Below, piece after piece: positions 17,391 to 28,071 of a stretch of DNA of 54,875 nucleotides. Location of the stretch: the NCBI GenBank assembly GCA_027067775.1, contig JAMOVK010000032.1:1-54875 (forward strand), read 5' to 3'. Both the position numbers and the translations under genes were made by a program. The notes beneath the pieces were generated by a model that was not told the DNA's origin, made no database searches, and saw only the letters and a list, made by a program, of their open reading frames with translations. Source of the stretch: Deltaproteobacteria bacterium. GTDB lineage: Bacteria; Desulfobacterota; Dissulfuribacteria; Dissulfuribacterales; QOAL01. Positions within the stretch are counted from its first letter, which is position 1; each line of letters starts with the position of its first letter.

Positions 17391-19190
17391 TTATACCTTC
17401 AGAACACTTAGAAAGGCCTCCTGGGGAATTTCAATCTGTCCCACTTGCTTCATTCTTCTTTTGCCTTCTTTTTGTTTTTCAAGGAGCTTCCTCTTTCTTG
17501 TGATGTCTCCCCCGTAGCACTTGGCTGTGACGTCTTTTCTTAAAGGAGGTATACGTTCCCTGGCTATAACCTTGCTGCCTATAGCTGCCTGTATGACCAC
17601 CTCAAACAGTTGACGGGGAATTATCTTTCTAAGTTTTGAAACAAGCTCCCTTCCCCGGTAATAGGCCTTGTCTTTATGTACAATTACCGAAAGGGCATCC
17701 ACCGGCTGTTTGTTGATAAGAATGTCTAGCTTGACAAGTTTGGCAGGCCTGTATTCTAGAAAATCATAGTCGATAGACGCATAGCCTCTGCTGACCGATT
17801 TGAGCTTGTCGTAGAAATCAAGCACGATTTCATTAAAGGGCAACTCGTATTTTAAAAGGACCCTTTCTGCCGTAAGGTAGGTCATGTCCTTCTGTTTGCC
17901 CCTTTTTTCATCACAAAGGGTCATAACAGGCCCTACAAACTCCTTTGGGACATAGATCTCCATCTCCACATAAGGCTCGGAAATAGACTTGATTTGGCCA
18001 GGTTCTGGCATCTGGGCAGGATTGTGAATGGTCAGTTCCTCTCCAGAAGTAAGTTCCACCTTGTATGCCACTGCAGGTGCGGTTGTAATGAGGGTGAGTT
18101 CAAATTCTCTTTCCAGGCGCTCCTGAACAATATCCATGTGTAATAGGCCAAGAAAACCGCATCTAAATCCAAAGCCAAGGGCTGTTGAACTTTCAGGTTC
18201 ATATGTAAAGGCCGGATCGTTAAGCCAGAGTTTTTCCACCGCCTCCTTAAGCTGATCATACTGGCCTGTATCCACAGGATAAAGACCGCAAAAGACCATA
18301 GGTTTTACAGGCTTAAACCCGGGCAGGGGAGTATTGGCTGGTCTTTTGGCTTCTGTAAGGGTATCTCCGATCTGTGTATCTCTTACATTCTTGATCCCTG
18401 CAACCACGAACCCCACCTGTCCCGGCCCTAGTGCTTCAACGTCTACGCCCTGAGGGGAAAATACGCCAATTCTGAGAGCCTCGTATTTTTTGCCATTTGA
18501 CATCATCATGAGTTGCATGCCCTTTTTTAGGGTGCCCTGCATTACCCGAACCAGTACTATGGCACCTTGATACGGATCAAACCATGAGTCAAAAATTAGC
18601 GCCTTAAGAGGAGCCTCAGGGTCTCCCTTTGGAGGTGGAACCTTGTTAACAATGGCCTCAAGCACCTCTTGTGTACCTATTCCTTCCTTGGCACTTACAA
18701 GAATGGCGTCCGATGCGTCCAGGCCAATGATGTCTTCTATCTGCTGAACAACAGCGTCGGGATCAGCACTAGGAAGATCGATCTTGTTCAAGACAGGGAT
18801 GATCTCAAGATCGTTTTCAAGGGCAAGATAGACATTAGCCAGGGTCTGGGCTTCAACCCCTTGGGTGGCGTCTACTACCAAAAGAGCACCCTCACAGGCT
18901 GCAAGGCTTCTTGACACCTCGTAAGAAAAATCCACATGGCCAGGTGTGTCTATAAGGTTCAACAGGTATCTGTTACCATCTTTGGCATCATAGAATAGAC
19001 GGGCTGTCTGGGCCTTTATGGTAATCCCTCGTTCCCTTTCAATGTCCATCTGGTCCAAAAATTGCTTTTTCATTTCTCTGGCAGTCACACTACCAGTAAA
19101 TTCGAGGATTCTGTCCGCAAGAGTGGACTTTCCGTGGTCAATATGGGCGATAATAGAAAAATTTCTTATGCGATTTATATCAATTTTCAT
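17391..19190 (-). CDS. lepA: Elongation factor 4
   Basis: [43 protein letters not shown] motifs. Confidence 0.99.
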   Translation of the reverse strand: MKIDINRIRNFSIIAHIDHGKSTLADRILEFTGSVTAREMKKQFLDQMDIERERGITIKAQTARLFYDAKDGNRYLLNLIDTPGHVDFSYEVSRSLAACEGALLVVDATQGVEAQTLANVYLALENDLEIIPVLNKIDLPSADPDAVVQQIEDIIGLDASDAILVSAKEGIGTQEVLEAIVNKVPPPKGDPEAPLKALIFDSWFDPYQGAIVLVRVMQGTLKKGMQLMMMSNGKKYEALRIGVFSPQGVDVEALGPGQVGFVVAGIKNVRDTQIGDTLTEAKRPANTPLPGFKPVKPMVFCGLYPVDTGQYDQLKEAVEKLWLNDPAFTYEPESSTALGFGFRCGFLGLLHMDIVQERLEREFELTLITTAPAVAYKVELTSGEELTIHNPAQMPEPGQIKSISEPYVEMEIYVPKEFVGPVMTLCDEKRGKQKDMTYLTAERVLLKYELPFNEIVLDFYDKLKSVSRGYASIDYDFLEYRPAKLVKLDILINKQPVDALSVIVHKDKAYYRGRELVSKLRKIIPRQLFEVVIQAAIGSKVIARERIPPLRKDVTAKCYGGDITRKRKLLEKQKEGKRRMKQVGQIEIPQEAFLSVLKV

Positions 19191-19362
19191 GGTTTTTTAA
19201 TTTTTCCGGCTCCAGTGGCGTTTATCGGACGTATAAGAATTTAAGGCCAGTAATGATAACTTTCAAATTTTTTTAGACAAGTATTTTAAACCCCTTTAGG
19301 AAAAATTTATTGGTGCCGAACAGGATAATAACATGAAAAAAACAGGAAGCTTCTAAAGAGAC

Positions 19363-20436
19363 ATGAAAAAATTCAATCTCAAAGAACTATTTAAGAAGAA
19401 ACCACAGTCCACCCTCGGAGTTGATCTTGGTTCTCATACCATAAAAGTGGTGGAACTAACAGGAAACGGAGGTCAAAGACGAGTTAAAAAGGTTGGACGG
19501 GCCCTTCTGCCGCAGGGCGCCATTGTAGATGGTTCCATAAAAGAACATGATGTGGTTCTGGAAGTGCTTGAACATCTGTTGTCTAACCTTCAACCGTCCC
19601 TAAAGAGGGCCTCTACTTCCATTTCAGGCTATTCAGTCATTGTAAAAAGGATACATGTCCCATATATGACAGAAAAGGAGATGGAAGAAAATCTTATTAT
19701 TGAGGCTGAAAAGTATGTTCCTTTTGAAATTTCAGATGTCTATATAGATTTCAGTGTCCTTAAGACATATCCAGAAGAGAACGGTGGAAGCGACATATTC
19801 CTGGTGGCAGCCAAAAAGGAGATTGTTGATGAGTATGCCAATCTTCTCGAGGGGGTTGGCCTGACCCCGGCTGTCATTGATGTTGATGCCTTTACCCTGG
19901 TCAATGCCTTTGAACTAGCATTTGGCGAGGTGGAAGAACCTGCAGTTCTCATAGACATTGGGGCAAGCAAGACCAATCTGAACATTGTCAAGAAGGGCAT
20001 GCCCATTTTTACCAGGGATATGAACATAGGGGGGGAACAGCTTACCGAGGCGATTCAGGAAGCAACAGGCCTTAACAGAGAAGATGCAGAAACAGTAAAG
20101 ATAAGCGGAACCAAAGACAAAGTCCTGGCAAGAGAAATTACCGGTGTTGTGCAAGAGATTTCAGAACTATGGGGTAAGGAAATAAAAAAGGCCATAAGTT
20201 TTTTCAAGTCAAGCGCATCGCCGGAAGAATTTCCAACCTGTGTTTTTATAAGCGGTGGCACGTCCATGTTAAAGGGCCTTGAAGACTATTTTTCAGATGC
20301 TTTAGGCCTTGAAACACGGAGACTGAATGCATTTGCAGGCCAAGAGCCTGACAGGGATATAGACGAGAAATATCTGCAAAGCATATCCCCACAAATGGCA
20401 ATTGCCAGCGGATTGGCCATAAGGAGTGCAGGATAG
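19363..20436 (+). CDS. pilM: Type IV pilus assembly protein PilM
   Basis: Actin-like fold motifs GVDLGSHTIK, IDIGASKT, GGEQLT, ISGG; first gene of an MNOP cluster. Confidence 0.93.
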   Translation: MKKFNLKELFKKKPQSTLGVDLGSHTIKVVELTGNGGQRRVKKVGRALLPQGAIVDGSIKEHDVVLEVLEHLLSNLQPSLKRASTSISGYSVIVKRIHVPYMTEKEMEENLIIEAEKYVPFEISDVYIDFSVLKTYPEENGGSDIFLVAAKKEIVDEYANLLEGVGLTPAVIDVDAFTLVNAFELAFGEVEEPAVLIDIGASKTNLNIVKKGMPIFTRDMNIGGEQLTEAIQEATGLNREDAETVKISGTKDKVLAREITGVVQEISELWGKEIKKAISFFKSSASPEEFPTCVFISGGTSMLKGLEDYFSDALGLETRRLNAFAGQEPDRDIDEKYLQSISPQMAIASGLAIRSAG

Positions 20437-20978
20437 TGATATCTATAAATCTTTTACCAGTCAGGGAATGGAAGAAACGAGAGGCGGTCAGGAAACAAGT
20501 CTCCATATTCTTCCTATCTTTTATACTGTTGCTTGCCGGTCTGTTTGCCGTGGGTTTTGCCATCCAAGGCAAGGTTTCAGCACAGAGAAAGGAACTTAAA
20601 AGACTGGAAGCAAGAAAAGCCCAACTTGCCTACGTAGACAGAAAGATAACCCAGGCTAAAAGAAAGAGTAAAGAAATCGAGGCGAAGTTTCAGGCAATAG
20701 AGAAGTTGCAGCAGGGCAGAACCCGCACGGTAAGGGTGTTGGATGAGATTGTAACGTGTCTGCCTATAGACAGGCTGTGGCTAAAGGGGCTTGAACTAAA
20801 GGCCGGAAAGCTGAAGCTGTCAGGTATTGCATTGGACAATCACACCGTGGCCCTTTTCATGAGAAGGTTGGACGCCTCTCCGTTAACCAAAAAGGTAAGA
20901 CTGGTGAATACCAGGAGGCAGAAGATACAGGGACACGAACTGATGCAGTTTGATTTAATGGTCGATCTGGCCAGTTAA
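20436..20978 (+). CDS. pilN: Type IV pilus assembly protein PilN
   Basis: N-terminal INLLP motif, TM helix, coiled coil. Confidence 0.92.
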   Translation: MISINLLPVREWKKREAVRKQVSIFFLSFILLLAGLFAVGFAIQGKVSAQRKELKRLEARKAQLAYVDRKITQAKRKSKEIEAKFQAIEKLQQGRTRTVRVLDEIVTCLPIDRLWLKGLELKAGKLKLSGIALDNHTVALFMRRLDASPLTKKVRLVNTRRQKIQGHELMQFDLMVDLAS

Positions 20979-21008
20979 TTAAAAGGATATGAGATACAGG
21001 TTGATGCT

Positions 21009-21776
21009 ATGTCCTTAAAAGACAAATTCAAGATAAAGATCCCAGCAACCCTCTTTGATACGGTCTACAGTATGCCTATCTGGCAAAAAGCCTTGATATT
21101 CATGATTTCTTGGCTGCTGCCCATCGGACTTTTTTGGTATCTGTTTCTGTCTGCCAGAATAGGTGAAATTGATTCCATCTCAACCAAGATTCCTAAACTC
21201 AGGCAGGAGATTGCCATACTTGAACAAAAGAGCAAGCAGATACCAAAGCTGGAAAAGGAACTGAAGGAGATGGAGGGAATACTAAAGCAGGCAATGAAAC
21301 TTCTTCCAGAAAAAGAAGACATTCCCTCAGTTCTCACTGAAATATCTTCTTTAGGCAATGAGGCACGGCTGGAGTTTCAGGCCTTTAAACCGGGTAACGA
21401 GCGGATAAACAATTTTTATGCGGCAATTCCGGTTTCTCTGGAGCTTGAGGGCCCATTTCACAACACGGTGGTATTTTTCGATAGGATTAGCAGGATGGCT
21501 CGAATTGTACATATAGAGGATGTGACCATGGGAAGGGCAAAAGAGAGTTCCCAGATATGGAGTCAGGCAGTGAACAAAGAAAATGGATCCACAAAGACTT
21601 CATCAGCCAAGGCTTCCCAGGCAAATTCAAAATCAACAGGCATGGACAGTAAAGGAGTTGTCCAGCGTGGTAGCAATTGGGTGATTCACACGAAATGTAC
21701 AGCAGTTACCTACAGATTTTTAACGCCCGAAGAACAAAAGAGGGCCAAAGCGAAAGGCAAGAAGAAAAGAAGATAA
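21009..21776 (+). CDS. pilO: Type IV pilus assembly protein PilO
   Basis: TM, coiled coil, LLPEKEDIPSVL…FFDRISRMARIV; Ser/Lys-rich insertion near the C-terminus. Confidence 0.9.
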   Translation: MSLKDKFKIKIPATLFDTVYSMPIWQKALIFMISWLLPIGLFWYLFLSARIGEIDSISTKIPKLRQEIAILEQKSKQIPKLEKELKEMEGILKQAMKLLPEKEDIPSVLTEISSLGNEARLEFQAFKPGNERINNFYAAIPVSLELEGPFHNTVVFFDRISRMARIVHIEDVTMGRAKESSQIWSQAVNKENGSTKTSSAKASQANSKSTGMDSKGVVQRGSNWVIHTKCTAVTYRFLTPEEQKRAKAKGKKKRR

Positions 21777-21778
21777 TC

Positions 21779-22387
21779 ATGGGCACCATTTGGTACAGAA
21801 TCAAAGGTGGGAGTTGGCAAATGTATAAGATTTCTTTGCCCCTAATTTTTTCGATTTTCCTGTTATCTGGTCCAATGACCATGTCTTCGTTAGCTACCAA
21901 AGACGTAAAACAGGACAACAACAAAGCCAGCAAAAATATCTCTGAGAAAATTGCACAGTACAAAAAGAGATTGGAAAGACTGTTGTCACCTGTGGATTAC
22001 CATTATGTGGCAGCAGGAAAACCTGATCCATTTAAGCCTTTTTTCAGGACCGAGATGAAAAAAGGTGTTCGGGCAAACTCTAAAACTGTGAAAAAAAGGC
22101 CTGAAAGTTGTGATGCACCGCTTGAATGCATGGATGTGGGTCAGCTTACCCTGGTCGGCATAGTACTGCAGTCAGATGGAAATGCTTTAGCCATGGCACA
22201 GGATGCCTCTGGCATTGGCTATACGCTAAGAGTTGGAACAAGAATAGGTTACAACAATGGCAAGGTGGTATCCATTGCCAGGGACAGGGTTGTTGTAAGG
22301 GAAAAGGTAGAAGACCTTAGAGGGAAGCCTACTTTTAGGGATAGAACATTATATCTCCATCCGGAGGAAGGTGATGAATCTAGTTAA
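21779..22387 (+). CDS. pilP: Type IV pilus assembly protein PilP
   Basis: GKPDPFKPF, PLE…QLTLVGIV, GTRIGYNNGKVVSI motifs. Start is ATG 21779 or 21821; the tracked 21677 start lies inside pilO. Confidence 0.85.
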   Translation: MGTIWYRIKGGSWQMYKISLPLIFSIFLLSGPMTMSSLATKDVKQDNNKASKNISEKIAQYKKRLERLLSPVDYHYVAAGKPDPFKPFFRTEMKKGVRANSKTVKKRPESCDAPLECMDVGQLTLVGIVLQSDGNALAMAQDASGIGYTLRVGTRIGYNNGKVVSIARDRVVVREKVEDLRGKPTFRDRTLYLHPEEGDESS

Positions 22388-23612
22388 AAAGAGAAAAACA
22401 GTTTTTTGGCCAACCATCGTCTTTATTTTTATGGTGGGGCTTCAGGTGGCATATACACCTGTGGGGGTTATAGATGTTTGGGCATCAAAAGAAAAGTCCG
22501 ATGTTGACTACTGGCTAAAGGAACTCAAAAATAGACAGCCCCAAAAGAATCTAAAGGTTGCCTCTGTAAAAAGAGGAGCACAGTTGATAGCTGCCAGCGA
22601 TGCTCCCAAGACAAAAATAGTTGCCAAAAGAAACGACGGTAACCTTACCGGACCAAAGAAGATAAGCGTGGATTTTTACAAGGTGGATCTACACAATGTC
22701 TTTAGGCTTCTTGGACAGGTAAGTGGAAAAAATGTTGTGGTTGATGAGGGAGTAAAAGGCACGCTCACCCTTGCCTTGGATAATGTACCTTGGACCTTTG
22801 TTCTGGAAGTGATTAAAAATCTTAAGGGGTTAGAGAGCATAGAAAAAAACAATACCATAATGATCTATCCAAAGAAAAAGTCCATCGAATGGGCTGGAGA
22901 GACAGGGGGATCCGGAACCCTGGAGACGGTTGCCGGCACCATGGAGATAACCAGAAAGGCCAGGGCTGCCAAACGCCTTAATGTGGAAAACAAATACAAG
23001 TCTTCCACTCCTCTTAAACAGATACTAAAGGCTGAAAAGCTTATTAAAAAGGCCGCTGCCCAGGAAAAAAGGGGCAATATTTTTGGAGCATATGAATCTC
23101 TTAAAAAGGCCGCTGAACTCTGGCCAGATAACCTCAAGCTTCTTGATAAGCTTGCTGCCTTGGCACTTCAAAGAAACGATAATCTCGCTGCCTTCAACTA
23201 TGCCAAAAGGGCACTAAAACTGGACAATAAGGATGCTGAAGCAGCGGCTATAGCAGCAGTTGCCCTTGCCAGAATGGATAGGCCAGAGGATGCAAAAGAG
23301 TATTTCGAGCTTGCCATGAGCATCAAGCCTACCAAAGACACTTTGTGGAACTATGCAGTATTTTCGTTTTCACAAGGAAATTACAGGCAGGCGCTTAGGC
23401 TCATTAACAGGATCGAGGCAAATTACAATATCACACCGGATATGCTTATGCTAAAGGCGCAGTGTTATGAATACCTCTCAAGAATTCCACAGGCAGTTGC
23501 AGAATACAGAGCGCTCTTGTCATCAGGCAGCAACGTGCCAAAAGAGATGGAAAAATTCGCAAAATTGAGGCTAAGCGCACTAACTGGCACATCTTCTGGA
23601 TCTAATAAATAA
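22371..23612 (+). CDS. PilQ N0/STN-domain plus TPR-repeat protein without a secretin domain
   Basis: KISVDFYKVDLHNVFRLLGQVSGKNVVVDEGVKGTLTLALDNVPW is PilQ N0-like; the C-terminal half is Ala-rich TPR-like helices (AFNYAKRALKLDNKD, AKEYFELAMSIKP). Confidence 0.75.
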   Translation: MMNLVKKRKTVFWPTIVFIFMVGLQVAYTPVGVIDVWASKEKSDVDYWLKELKNRQPQKNLKVASVKRGAQLIAASDAPKTKIVAKRNDGNLTGPKKISVDFYKVDLHNVFRLLGQVSGKNVVVDEGVKGTLTLALDNVPWTFVLEVIKNLKGLESIEKNNTIMIYPKKKSIEWAGETGGSGTLETVAGTMEITRKARAAKRLNVENKYKSSTPLKQILKAEKLIKKAAAQEKRGNIFGAYESLKKAAELWPDNLKLLDKLAALALQRNDNLAAFNYAKRALKLDNKDAEAAAIAAVALARMDRPEDAKEYFELAMSIKPTKDTLWNYAVFSFSQGNYRQALRLINRIEANYNITPDMLMLKAQCYEYLSRIPQAVAEYRALLSSGSNVPKEMEKFAKLRLSALTGTSSGSNK

Positions 23613-23625
23613 AGGAGGTCTTAAA

Positions 23626-25428
23626 ATGCCCGCTCCTATCAAAAAAATACATACAGCCAGATTTCGTATGTACATTGTCCTTGTGGCTTTAATCTTATTT
23701 GGTGGTGGTTGTGCTCAACACAATTTAAACAATCCTGTCCAACCACCGGAAAAGACCAAGCCCTCGGTAAAGTCTCAACAGGTAAACAAATCTGTAAAGG
23801 CCCAATCAGAGCCGATTCCCCTTAGGCCTTCAAATTTCAAGCCTGAAATCCGCTGGAAACCTTCTTACAGTTTGTCAGAGGTTCATATAAATACGAAAGA
23901 TGCCAAGCTGCCGGAGATGCTGGTAGGGGCTAACATAAATTCGAAAAACGGACGGGTACCTCTCCACGAGGTTATAAAATCCTTAGCCGATTTGAAGGGA
24001 ATGAATGTCAGCTGGTCAAGCGATGTGGATCAGGATGCGTTGGTAAATGTAAATATCAAGGCAAATGCCAACTTTTGGGATGCTCTGAGTGATGTGTTAA
24101 GACAGGTAGACTATTTCTACGAGTTCAAAAATCGTACAATAGTGGTGAAATACAAGGATACGAAACGTTTTCATATCACTTGTCCGTTTCTTACTGGCAG
24201 TTATCGTACCTCAGTAGGGGGCGACTTTTTGGGAAATGCTGGAGAGATAGACACTGGCCTTCGGGGGGAGCTGGGAGTTGAGCACACCGATGAAGATATA
24301 GATATCTGGAAGACTATAGAAGAGAACCTGGGCAGGATCCTTGACCTTGCAACGCTAAATGTACCTGAACGTACTGGAGAATCTCTCGATCAGGCCAGAA
24401 TAGAGGCACTTTGTCGCACAAGGTACCCTAACAACCCTGCTCAACAGGCCCTTTGTGTAAGGCAAGAACAGGCAAGGGTGGAGCTTGAAGGATCAAACGC
24501 CAATAACCAGCAAAGCGATGGGCGTCAGGTGATCCAGGGAACAGGTGAAGGGACAAGAAAAGGCTTCTATTTCACCATTGACAAGCCTCTTGGAATTGTA
24601 ACTGTAACAGCGCCTCGTTCTATTTTGGAAAAAGTAGAAGATTATCTTGATCACCTGCACGAGATGCTTTCAAAGCAGGTAGTAATAGAGGCAAAGATTA
24701 TAGAAGTTGATTTGGACGATTCCAATACAAAAGGTGTTGATTGGAGTGGCCTTCTCAAAGACTCTGCCTTTAATTTTCACATGACATTTGGAAAGAATGG
24801 CCAGATCTATCCCACCGATGGAATCAAGTTTCTTGAAAGCGTGACCATGACAAGAGAACCTTTTGATTTGGTGCTCAACTTTCTTGATGAATTTGGGAAT
24901 GTAAAGGTGCTATCAAACCCCAAACTTTCTTTGTTAAATGGACAGCCGGCTATGATAACCGGTGGTAAAACCACCCGGTACATAGATCGTGTAACAACTG
25001 TAGTAAATGATACAGGAAATGGCGCAACGACTTCCTACACCATAGAGACCAGGGACATTTTATCGGGAATCGGGCTTGGAGTTATAGCAAACATCGAGTC
25101 CGATGATGAAATAGTCCTTCAGCTTACTCCTGTAAACAGTCGTCTGGCAAAGATCACTCCTCGCCAGTTTGGCTCTTTTCTTACTGGATATGCAGAAGTT
25201 GATCTGCCTGAGGTAAACCTCAGGGAAATGACCACAATGGCCAGGGTAAAAAGTGGCCATCTTCTGGTTATTGGCGGCATTATCGACGACATGGAAGGTG
25301 TTGAAGGAAACAAGGTTCCCTTTCTTGGAGATTTACCCCTTGTTGGCTGGGCATTTAAAAGCGAACGGAAGTTTAAGAAAAAGAGGGAGCTTGTTATTCT
25401 GTTAAGACCACAGATAGTAGATATATAG
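23626..25428 (+). CDS. Lipoprotein secretin, MshL/GspD-like
   Basis: Lipobox GGGC; QVVIEAKIIEV, GVDWS, VLSNPKLSLLNGQPA, KVPFLGDLPLVGWAF, ELVILLRPQIV secretin motifs. Confidence 0.88.
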   Translation: MPAPIKKIHTARFRMYIVLVALILFGGGCAQHNLNNPVQPPEKTKPSVKSQQVNKSVKAQSEPIPLRPSNFKPEIRWKPSYSLSEVHINTKDAKLPEMLVGANINSKNGRVPLHEVIKSLADLKGMNVSWSSDVDQDALVNVNIKANANFWDALSDVLRQVDYFYEFKNRTIVVKYKDTKRFHITCPFLTGSYRTSVGGDFLGNAGEIDTGLRGELGVEHTDEDIDIWKTIEENLGRILDLATLNVPERTGESLDQARIEALCRTRYPNNPAQQALCVRQEQARVELEGSNANNQQSDGRQVIQGTGEGTRKGFYFTIDKPLGIVTVTAPRSILEKVEDYLDHLHEMLSKQVVIEAKIIEVDLDDSNTKGVDWSGLLKDSAFNFHMTFGKNGQIYPTDGIKFLESVTMTREPFDLVLNFLDEFGNVKVLSNPKLSLLNGQPAMITGGKTTRYIDRVTTVVNDTGNGATTSYTIETRDILSGIGLGVIANIESDDEIVLQLTPVNSRLAKITPRQFGSFLTGYAEVDLPEVNLREMTTMARVKSGHLLVIGGIIDDMEGVEGNKVPFLGDLPLVGWAFKSERKFKKKRELVILLRPQIVDI

Positions 25429-25578
25429 AATCCAGTTTATTTAACCATCAGGTGCATGCAGGGGCCGCTTAAGCGGCCCTTTTCTTTTCCAAAATGTCTT
25501 TTTCTGATAAATATAAGGTACCCTTGTAATCATCTGTTGACAGACAGCAACATTTTCGCCCGTAAAAGAAGGTCGAGC

Positions 25579-28062
25579 ATGCCTTTCACACTCTTTAAGT
25601 ACTGGACTTATCAATTTTTCGCCCCAGGGACGCTGGCAAAGAAAAAGTACGAGGCTTTTAAGCAAATCCTCGTTGCAGATAGGCAGGCCCATATACATCT
25701 GGCAGAGCTTGAAGAAATATATTACGGGGACAAAGAGGTCGACTGTTTCCGTATTGTCAATATATATGAAAATCTTTCTGCAGAAGTCAAAAAGATGGTC
25801 AAGGGATTAATGGAGCTGGCTCCATTCAGATATGCAAGTCTAAAAGATTATTTCAAAAAGATAGATTTTTACTGCAGGCTTGTGTTGGAACCAAAATATT
25901 ACAGCATCTCTCCTCCTTTTATTCTTGATCCGGACTCTGATGCAGATGTTTCCGAAATCCTATTAGGGGGAAAAGGGTATAATCTTTTCAGATTGACCAA
26001 AGAGCTGAATCTGCCAGTACCTCATTTTTTTGTAATAACAACCCATGCCTTTTTCTATTTTTTGGAGTGTATTGACGGCATTTCGCTGTTAAAACAGGAA
26101 CTTTCCAGAATATCCATATCCGATCCGAAAAAGCTGGAAGCCGGTTCCCAAAGGATTTTGTCGCACCTCAGGAACACAGAGATACCAACTTTCTTACGAG
26201 CAGAAATTGAAAAGGCCCTGGAAAAAAGATTTAGTAATGTGTCCAGGAAAAAGTTTTCTGTCAGATCCAGTGCGGTTGCCGAAGACAGTAGCAGCTCATT
26301 TGCAGGGCAATATTTATCTGTCATAGGGGTTCCAGGATCTGAAGTGGTTGCATCATATAAAAGGGTGCTGGAAAGCAAATATACATCCAATGCCATATTT
26401 TATCGTATCAAAAATGGGTATTGCGATCTGGAAACTCCCATGGCTGTGATTGTACAGGAAATGATAGAACCCTTATGTGCCGGTGTAGCTTATTCTCAAG
26501 ACCCTGGGTTAGATAAAGGAGGAACCATACTAATATTTGCAAGCCATGGTCTGGGCGAGAACGTGGTTTCAGGAAAGACAAGGCCGGAAGAAATAAGGAT
26601 AGACAGAGGGAAGATGACAGTAGAGTCAGATTCAGGGATGGCCAGATGCCCCTTTTTAAACAATCATATATTACTCAGGCTGGCTTCTTGGCTTATGGAT
26701 ATAGAGAAACTGCTTGGCTGCCCAATTGACATGGAATGGTGTCTTGCTCAGGATGAGCAGCCCAGGATCCTTCAGGCCAGACCATTAGGGCTTAAAAGCA
26801 ATCCAGAAACTCAATCTCTGGTTAAAAAGATCAATATAACAGACAAACCCATTATGTCCGGAGGACAGAGTGCATCAGGGGGATGTGCCTCCGGTCGGAT
26901 ACACAAGGTGACAAGTAGATCCGAGCTTATCTCAATACAAAAAGGGGCAATTCTTCTTTCAAGGACTGCTCCGCCAGATTATGTAATGGTATTTGATAGG
27001 ATCAAGGCCATGATCAGTGAGGAGGGAAGCCCGGCTAGCCACTGCGCCTCGGTAGCAAGAGAGATGGGAATACCCTATATATGTGGACTTAAGGGAGCTA
27101 TGGAAGGCCTAAAACATGGTCAAATAGTGACAGTAGATGCAGACAGATGTGCAATTTTTCCAGGTGTATTAGAGGAATGCGCATCATATAAAAACAAGGC
27201 CCGAACTGAAGCAAAACAAAAACCAGTTTTTTCCATGCTCAAGCAGCTCATGGAACTTGCTTGCAAGTTAAACCTTGTTGACCCAAATTCAAAAGATTTT
27301 AGGCCGGAAGGGTGCAGATCCATTCATGACATAATACGCTTTGTCCATGAAACATCTATGCGGGAGATGTTTTCCATTGGTGACCAAGCTGGTTTTGGAG
27401 GAAAAGGTGTAAAAAAACTCAGAGATAGTCTTCCTCTTCTTTTTTATGTTTTAGATGTAGGCGGAGGGCTCAAGGACGAAGCTGGTGATGTGGAAGAAAT
27501 AACCATAGGGCATGTGGCCTCTATCCCTATGAAGGCTTTTTGGAAAGGTCTATCAGATCCATCCATTAAGTGGTCTGAGACGCATCACTTTGCATGGGAA
27601 GACTATGACAAGATAGTTTTGGCCGGAGGAATTGTAAGTGTGGATTCTGCACAACTGTCCAGTTATGCCATACTGGCAAGCGATTATATGAACCTCAATA
27701 TTCGTTTTGGCTATCATTTTGTACAAATAGATGCCCTATGTACCCAGGACAGGGATACCAATTATATCAAATTTAGATTCTCTGGCGGTGGAGGTACTAC
27801 CGAAGGCAAGTTTCTGAGGACACAGTTTTTGCTATATGTCTTGAGAAAACTGGGTTTTGAGGCAGACAATACCGGAGAACTAGTAGATGGAAAGATCAGC
27901 CAGATATCATGCGATCGTTCCCAGGAGATACTTGTTCAGCTAGGCCGCTTAGTAGGAATCACAAAGCTCATGGACATTCATCTCAAACCTGATACTGATG
28001 TGACATCACTGGCTGAGGATTTCTTGCAGGGAAGATCAGATTTTTCAAGCAGTAGCAGATAG
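25579..28062 (+). CDS. PEP-synthase-like dikinase (ATP-grasp plus phospho-His swivel domain, atypical N- and C-terminal domains)
   Basis: LGGKGYNL, VRSSAVAEDSSSSFAGQY, MAVIVQEM, DMEW, ILQARPL, and ASHCASVAREMGIP (phospho-His). No PEP-binding TIM-barrel motifs. Start set at ATG 25579. Confidence 0.85.
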   Translation: MPFTLFKYWTYQFFAPGTLAKKKYEAFKQILVADRQAHIHLAELEEIYYGDKEVDCFRIVNIYENLSAEVKKMVKGLMELAPFRYASLKDYFKKIDFYCRLVLEPKYYSISPPFILDPDSDADVSEILLGGKGYNLFRLTKELNLPVPHFFVITTHAFFYFLECIDGISLLKQELSRISISDPKKLEAGSQRILSHLRNTEIPTFLRAEIEKALEKRFSNVSRKKFSVRSSAVAEDSSSSFAGQYLSVIGVPGSEVVASYKRVLESKYTSNAIFYRIKNGYCDLETPMAVIVQEMIEPLCAGVAYSQDPGLDKGGTILIFASHGLGENVVSGKTRPEEIRIDRGKMTVESDSGMARCPFLNNHILLRLASWLMDIEKLLGCPIDMEWCLAQDEQPRILQARPLGLKSNPETQSLVKKINITDKPIMSGGQSASGGCASGRIHKVTSRSELISIQKGAILLSRTAPPDYVMVFDRIKAMISEEGSPASHCASVAREMGIPYICGLKGAMEGLKHGQIVTVDADRCAIFPGVLEECASYKNKARTEAKQKPVFSMLKQLMELACKLNLVDPNSKDFRPEGCRSIHDIIRFVHETSMREMFSIGDQAGFGGKGVKKLRDSLPLLFYVLDVGGGLKDEAGDVEEITIGHVASIPMKAFWKGLSDPSIKWSETHHFAWEDYDKIVLAGGIVSVDSAQLSSYAILASDYMNLNIRFGYHFVQIDALCTQDRDTNYIKFRFSGGGGTTEGKFLRTQFLLYVLRKLGFEADNTGELVDGKISQISCDRSQEILVQLGRLVGITKLMDIHLKPDTDVTSLAEDFLQGRSDFSSSSR

Positions 28063-28071
28063 AAAATTTCT

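Noticed and set aside
22371-23612. pilQ pseudogene or frameshift
   Set aside because: The ORF continues cleanly into TPR repeats, and the downstream secretin has its own RBS, signal peptide and N-domain.
25579-28062. Canonical ppsA or ppdK
   Set aside because: The C-terminal PEP/pyruvate TIM-barrel motifs (e.g. SIGxNDL) are absent.
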